Part shown: piece by piece, positions 59,205 through 64,000 of the stretch
Position numbering within the stretch: position 1 is the stretch's first letter
Layout: the number at the start of each line of letters is the position of its first letter
Source: Longimicrobiales bacterium
Lineage (GTDB): Bacteria > Gemmatimonadota > Gemmatimonadetes > Longimicrobiales > Gaopeijiaceae
Length of the DNA stretch: 64,000 bases
Direction: 5' to 3'
Assembly: GCA_965248195.1 (NCBI GenBank)
Contig: CBDFIQ010000002.1
Location: forward strand, 2,912,001 to 2,976,000
The notes under the pieces: generated by a model
Database searches by the model: none
The model's input: only the letters and a program-made list of their open reading frames with translations
Told to the model about the DNA's origin: nothing
Made by a program: the position numbers and the translations under genes

Positions 59205-62082
59205 TCGGCCAACGGAGCCTGAGTCCAGCGGGCCGGTAGGCGCAAGCAGAACCCCAGAATCACGTTCTAAGCGTCTTCGGTACCATAGCCTCACTTTCGC
59301 CCCTACCTGTCCGGAGCTCGGGATTGGGACGGATAGCGGACCCTACATCCCTATCTCAAGGATTCAGCCAGTAATTCAGCTTGATCATGAAGATGTTGTC
59401 CGGAGCGACATCAAAAATGTCCCGTGTATCACGCGTCAGATCGAAAGTCCCCACCCAATCGTCCGTCCCGGTTGCTCCATGGCCGGTCACCGAGTCGATT
59501 CTCCGCTGTTGCCACACGAAAAACAGTGTTGAACCCGGCCGCCACTCCCATCTCAGGACTGCGTTGCCGATCAAGCTTCGGTAGCTGAAGTCTCGGTCTG
59601 AAACCAAGAAGCTCGGCGCGGGGCCCCCGTCGTCGGGGTCGACGCTGAAGTCGCCCTCCGCGGTGCGCACCACGGTGCCCACGTCTTCCCCGTACTCGAG
59701 AAAGTCGAACGTGCCCGGAGTTTGGAACTCCTTCAGCTCGCGGTAATCACCGGTCGAAATGAAGGGCTCCACGTACATCTCGAGAGACAGGGTCGGAGAA
59801 AAGGTGAGATTCACGCGGGTCTCGAGTGAGAGCGTGGACCGCTTCAATGGTGCGAACACGTACCGAGTTCCGAAAGTCTGGTCCGCCAACGGGTCGTCCT
59901 CGCGAGTCACGTACTGCGCCGTCGACTTCGACCAGGAGTAGCGTGGACCAATGTTGATCTGGAGCGTCTCTAATAAGCGCACGTTCACACTCACCTGAAC
60001 GGCACGACTCCATCCACCCGCGGCGTCCGAGCTGAAGTTAAAGGAGCCGCTTCCGACCGCCGCCCTGCGCCCGTCGGAGTTCAAGCGAAGTCTCACCGCG
60101 GTGCCCGATGGAGAGCGTGCGATCGGCCCACCTCGCGTGAGCCGATCGTCGTCGTTCCACGGGTCGTACTGGAAACGAACCGAGGCGCTCCAATAGTTCA
60201 GAAACTCGAGGGAATTCTGCAGGTTGACGTTCGCCATCGTTCGGTCACCCGCGAAGTTCCAAGCCACGTCCGGGCCTCCGAAGAACCTCCACGACCTGAG
60301 AACGTCGCCCGGTTCGGGCTGCGTATACTGGTAGTGCGTATCCATCAGGATGCGGTCGGCGTTGGTGTGGAACCCGAGGTCGTTTACTTCGTAGCCGGGG
60401 CTGATCGCCGCGAAGCCGTTCCTCATCGTGAAGTTCCCGGCCTGTTTGCCCACGTATGCCATCGCATAAAAGCCGCCAAGGGACGTCGCCGTCGGGTCTA
60501 TCTCCACATGGGAAGCGTCGGGTCTGTGAAAGTACCGCTTCGACGACTCCTGGGTCTCTAGAATCGCGTCGACCGCGCCGTTGACGCGGCTCCCCGAGAT
60601 CAGGCCGGTGAAGAGCCAGATCCGATTTTCTGATTCATGTGCGAAGTCGATTCCTCCGGCGTACGCGGAGGTGTGCAAGCTCGCCCCCAGAGGGGTACCC
60701 GCAGCATCTCGATTCACTGCGGAGGCGATCAGGCCGAAGCGGGTCTGTCCCCCACGTATCTGACGCCGCACTCTGCCCACGAAGTAGTTCGCCGCCGGCT
60801 CGACCATTTGCCGGTCGACCACACCCGTCTCATCGACGTACGTGGCAACCTCCTTGGCGGTCACGGCCTCGAGAATCCCAAGTGACCAGCCATCCCCGAT
60901 CCGGCCCGTGACCTTGGCGGCTCCCAGAATCGTCGTAGCGGTCGGGACGTCCGAGTATACCGCGTCGGAAGGGACGCCCCCACTGGGCGGTCCGCCGATT
61001 CGGCGCGAGTAGACGAGCTCGGGTCCCCGACCGACGCTGCCCGTGGGCCCGGCTTCGCCGAAGTTGAAAATGTCGGCCCCTTCGACGAAGAAGGGCCTTC
61101 GCTCGTTGTACTGCGTTTCGAATGCCGTGAGGTTGATGATCGAGGGATCCAGCTCTACCTGCCCAAAGTCGGGGTTCACCGTCCCGTCGAGGGTCACATT
61201 GGACGTGATCCGGTACTTGAGATCCAAGCCCGCACCACGGAAGTAATCCGACCCCGTCTGATAGGGGTTCGCGAAGCTTACGTCCGACCGTTGCTCCAGC
61301 TCCAAGTACTCCCCACGGGCGACGACGTAGGGAAGAAGCTCCAGCCTGCGACCCGTCTGGATTCCCTCGATTCCATCCAAATGAGCAAACCGGGATACAC
61401 CGGCCCTCTCAAGGGTCGGCGTGAACGGGAAGGTCGCGTTCTCCTGGGTCCGGTTGATGTTCCGCTCGAACTGGACGCCCCAGACCTGCAGGTCACTTGG
61501 GCTGAATCGAAGCTGGCTGAACGGAATCCGTATCTCGACTACCCATCCCGAGTCGGTTACGTCGGTGGCCACCTCCCAGACAGGATCCCACGACGAGTCC
61601 CCGCGCCTCAGGTTGTTCCCGGTGAGGATCTCATCACCTTTGACGCCGGACGGATTCGTCCAGAAACGGTAGGCGGTCTCGTGGTCGTGATAGCTGTCGA
61701 GGAGCACCACGAACACGTCCGAGTCACCGAGGCCGGCGTCGCGCCGGGCGAGACGGGTGGTGACCGGACTCCGGTCATCCAGGACCGCTCCTATGTAGAT
61801 CGCGGCATCATCGTAAACCAAACGGACCGTGGTGCGCTCCGAGACGGGCTCCCCTTCCAACGGCAGAGTCTGGAGAAAATCGGTGATCGGGGGGGCGTTC
61901 GACCACGCCATATCATCGAGCGCTCCATCGATCGAGATCGAAGCGTTCACTCGTGCGGCCCGAGCCCGGAGCGCGAAGGCATGTAGGTATTCCGTATCCA
62001 GCTCGACAGGGGTGGCGGGTGGTGCGTCTGCCTCGACGGGGCGCTGACCAACAAGCGCTTGTGTGGTGCAGGGCGCGACGAG

Positions 62083-63458
62083 GGTCAAGTCCCGATTTGT
62101 GTGTAAAAGCGGAGGAAGCTCCTCGCCTTCGGCTAGGCTGCTTGGGCGACCTCCTGTTTCTGGAGGAGTGAGAGGTCGAGGTAACGCCGGTCGCCCCAGA
62201 CGTGTGTGGTCCTGAGTGCGACGGCCGTGATGAGCCTGAGGGCGCTGGCCCGGTCCGGGAAGGCGCCGGCGGCCTTGATCCTGCGTTTGATCTCGCCGTG
62301 CAGCCGCTCGAGGCTGTTGGTGGTACGCAGCCGGGGCCAGTGCGCCTCGGGGAACGCGTAGAACTGCGTCGCTGCCCCGAAGCCCCGCTCCAGGACCTCC
62401 ACGGCCTCGGGCAGCTCCTTCTTCCAGCGTGCGCCGAACTCGCCCAGGAGCTTCTTCGCCTCGGCGAGTCCGGATGTCTGGAAGATCACCGAGACCTCAC
62501 GCGCCACGCGCTTGCGTAGGCGGTGGGGGACCCTCGCCCCCACATTACGCTGCAGATGGACCGTACACCTCTGACGGCGTGCCTCGGGCAGGAAGCGGCG
62601 GACCGCAGCTGCCAGGCCTGCGTGCTCATCGGCGATCACGAGCTCGACACCGCCGAGGCCGCGGTCCTGGAGTTGCTCGAGGAGCTCCGACCAGCTCTGC
62701 TGCGACTCCTCAGCGCCCAGCGTGACGGCCAGGAGCCGTCGGTGACCCTCAGGGCCCACTGCATACGCCACGAGCGCACTCACGTTCTCGACTTTGCGGG
62801 CCCAGCGGGCGTCCAAGAACGTGGCGTCCAGGTACAGATAGGGGTGAGGCCCCTCGATCGGCGCACGGCGCAGCCCTTCCACGGCCTCGTCGAGCCGTTT
62901 TGCCACACGACTCACCGTCGAGCGCCCAACACGCTCGCCCATCAGCGCCTCGGTGACGTCGCCCATCTTGCGCTGTGACACGCCGCTCACATACGCCTCG
63001 ACCATCATCTCGTCGAGCTCGGGGCTCCTGCGCTGGTAGCGGCCGATCACGTCGGCCGGCGAACCGTTGTCCCGGCTCCGGGGCATGGCGACCTCGATCT
63101 GCCCCAGGCTCGTCAGCAGCCGCCTCAGGTATGTGCCGTTCCTATGGTCCTTCCGGCTTCCCACCCGCTCGAAGCGGCGTGCACCTACCATGGCCTTCAG
63201 CTCCTCTTCCAGCACCATCTCGAGCGTCAGCCGGATCGCGCCTTGAAACAGCTCGCGCAAATCATCGCGTAGCTCGTCTTGCGTGGCCCGACCGATCTCC
63301 ACAATCTCTTGCATCGGAAGCTCCTCTCCGGTTCCGAGCCTGCTCTGCAGACCCGGACTCCCGGGTTCATGTGACAGTGAACAACAACAGAGGAGCTTCC
63401 GTTTTTCTTTCCCTCCTGTCCAGCTTATCCGCTTTTACACAAATCTAGGGACACTACC
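62083..63458 (-). mobile_element. IS256 family insertion sequence, 1376 bp
   Basis: 31 bp IRs (62083-62113 and 63428-63458), 24/31 identical; 9 bp TSD CGCGACGAG (62074-62082 and 63459-63467). Confidence 0.95.
62133..63314 (-). CDS. IS256 family transposase
   Basis: RNG, YLDA, IADEHAGL, QRCTVH, RTTNSLER...EIKRR, FP. Confidence 0.95.
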   Translation of the reverse strand: MQEIVEIGRATQDELRDDLRELFQGAIRLTLEMVLEEELKAMVGARRFERVGSRKDHRNGTYLRRLLTSLGQIEVAMPRSRDNGSPADVIGRYQRRSPELDEMMVEAYVSGVSQRKMGDVTEALMGERVGRSTVSRVAKRLDEAVEGLRRAPIEGPHPYLYLDATFLDARWARKVENVSALVAYAVGPEGHRRLLAVTLGAEESQQSWSELLEQLQDRGLGGVELVIADEHAGLAAAVRRFLPEARRQRCTVHLQRNVGARVPHRLRKRVAREVSVIFQTSGLAEAKKLLGEFGARWKKELPEAVEVLERGFGAATQFYAFPEAHWPRLRTTNSLERLHGEIKRRIKAAGAFPDRASALRLITAVALRTTHVWGDRRYLDLSLLQKQEVAQAA

Positions 63459-63746
63459 CGCGACGAGGCATGCGATCAGGAAGCAGAGAACCCTTCTACG
63501 TAGCGATGAGGTGGGAGAATACACTGGGAGGGGGTTGGCGTGGGACGGGTCAGGTTGGCGCTAAAGCTCTCCGGATCCGGGCCGGAATGCAAACGGGGGC
63601 CGCAAGCCTCTCTCGAGCCCGTCGCCTCACGCCCAGACGGGGGGCTGATCTTGGGTTGGACGACCTGTTGATCCCTCGCGAGCTTAGCCGATCGCGCTGG
63701 CGACGGTGCCGGTCCCGGCTTATCGTTTTTCGAACTGGGAGGTAAC

Positions 63747-64000
63747 ATGTCCATGCGAGATCCGTTCGTCATCGTCCTGCTTCTCACCTTCGGGGCCGCT
63801 GGTGAGGGTCGGGCGCAGATCACCGATCCGATCCCGGCGCGGATCGAGAAGCGCGGCCTCATGGTCGAGATCCAGGACGTCGCCCGTCTACCGACGACCC
63901 GCGGGATGCGTCCCCCCGATCAGGACGTGAACCCGGCGGGCTGGGCGCGCGTGAGCTTCGTGCGCGACCTTTCCGACGGTCGCCGTTTCGCCAACGACTC
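63747..64000 (+). CDS. 3'-partial secreted protein, possibly PQQ-dependent sugar dehydrogenase-like beta-propeller
   Basis: GGGAGG RBS, signal peptide, QITDPIP...ARVSFVRDLSDGRRFAND; open to the window end and absent from the ORF track. Confidence 0.65.
   Translation, partial: MSMRDPFVIVLLLTFGAAGEGRAQITDPIPARIEKRGLMVEIQDVARLPTTRGMRPPDQDVNPAGWARVSFVRDLSDGRRFAND

Larger units (their letters stand above)
59356..63524 (-). pseudogene. DUF5916 outer-membrane protein with signal peptide interrupted by IS256
   Basis: Body 59356-62082 is intact (DGALDD..W, IPFSQLRF, NPDFGQVE, KLNYW). The N-terminal MYSPTSSLRRRVLCFLIACLVA lies at 63459-63524 beyond the IS and is in frame after excision. Confidence 0.85.

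Overview
High-GC bacterial chromosomal segment. Its gene content (DUF5916 barrels, many Tat and lipoprotein exports, a Hanks kinase) resembles Gemmatimonadota/Acidobacteriota, which is inference only. About 55 CDS; no rRNA, tRNA or CRISPR array was seen. Family calls come from reading motifs by eye; no searches were run. Main items: (1) a moaA - radical SAM - DUF2203 operon facing nfuA - ATP-grasp. The radical SAM gene ends in a C-UGA-A-E-P selenocysteine tail with a SECIS-like hairpin, but it has a frameshifting internal deletion that removes the CxxxCxxC core. (2) A ~19 kb biosynthetic region: a GTP-derived pterin/pyrimidine cluster of unknown product (RibA, RibD-C, creatininase, atypical PTPS, Zn-ADH, GT4, methyltransferases, CDP-alcohol phosphotransferase, LtaS/sulfatase-like protein, cytochrome b561), running into a GH-GT2/ABC/GT/PIG-L/methyltransferase operon. 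(3) A ~70 bp intergenic element recurring four times between an amidase gene and ggt, including an exact 28 bp direct repeat around a kinase-cyclase gene, suggesting a gene-accretion hotspot. (4) A winged-helix regulator/uppS operon with two palindromic operator candidates. (5) Two intact IS elements with target-site duplications: IS3 family in acs, and IS256 family in the signal peptide of a DUF5916 gene.
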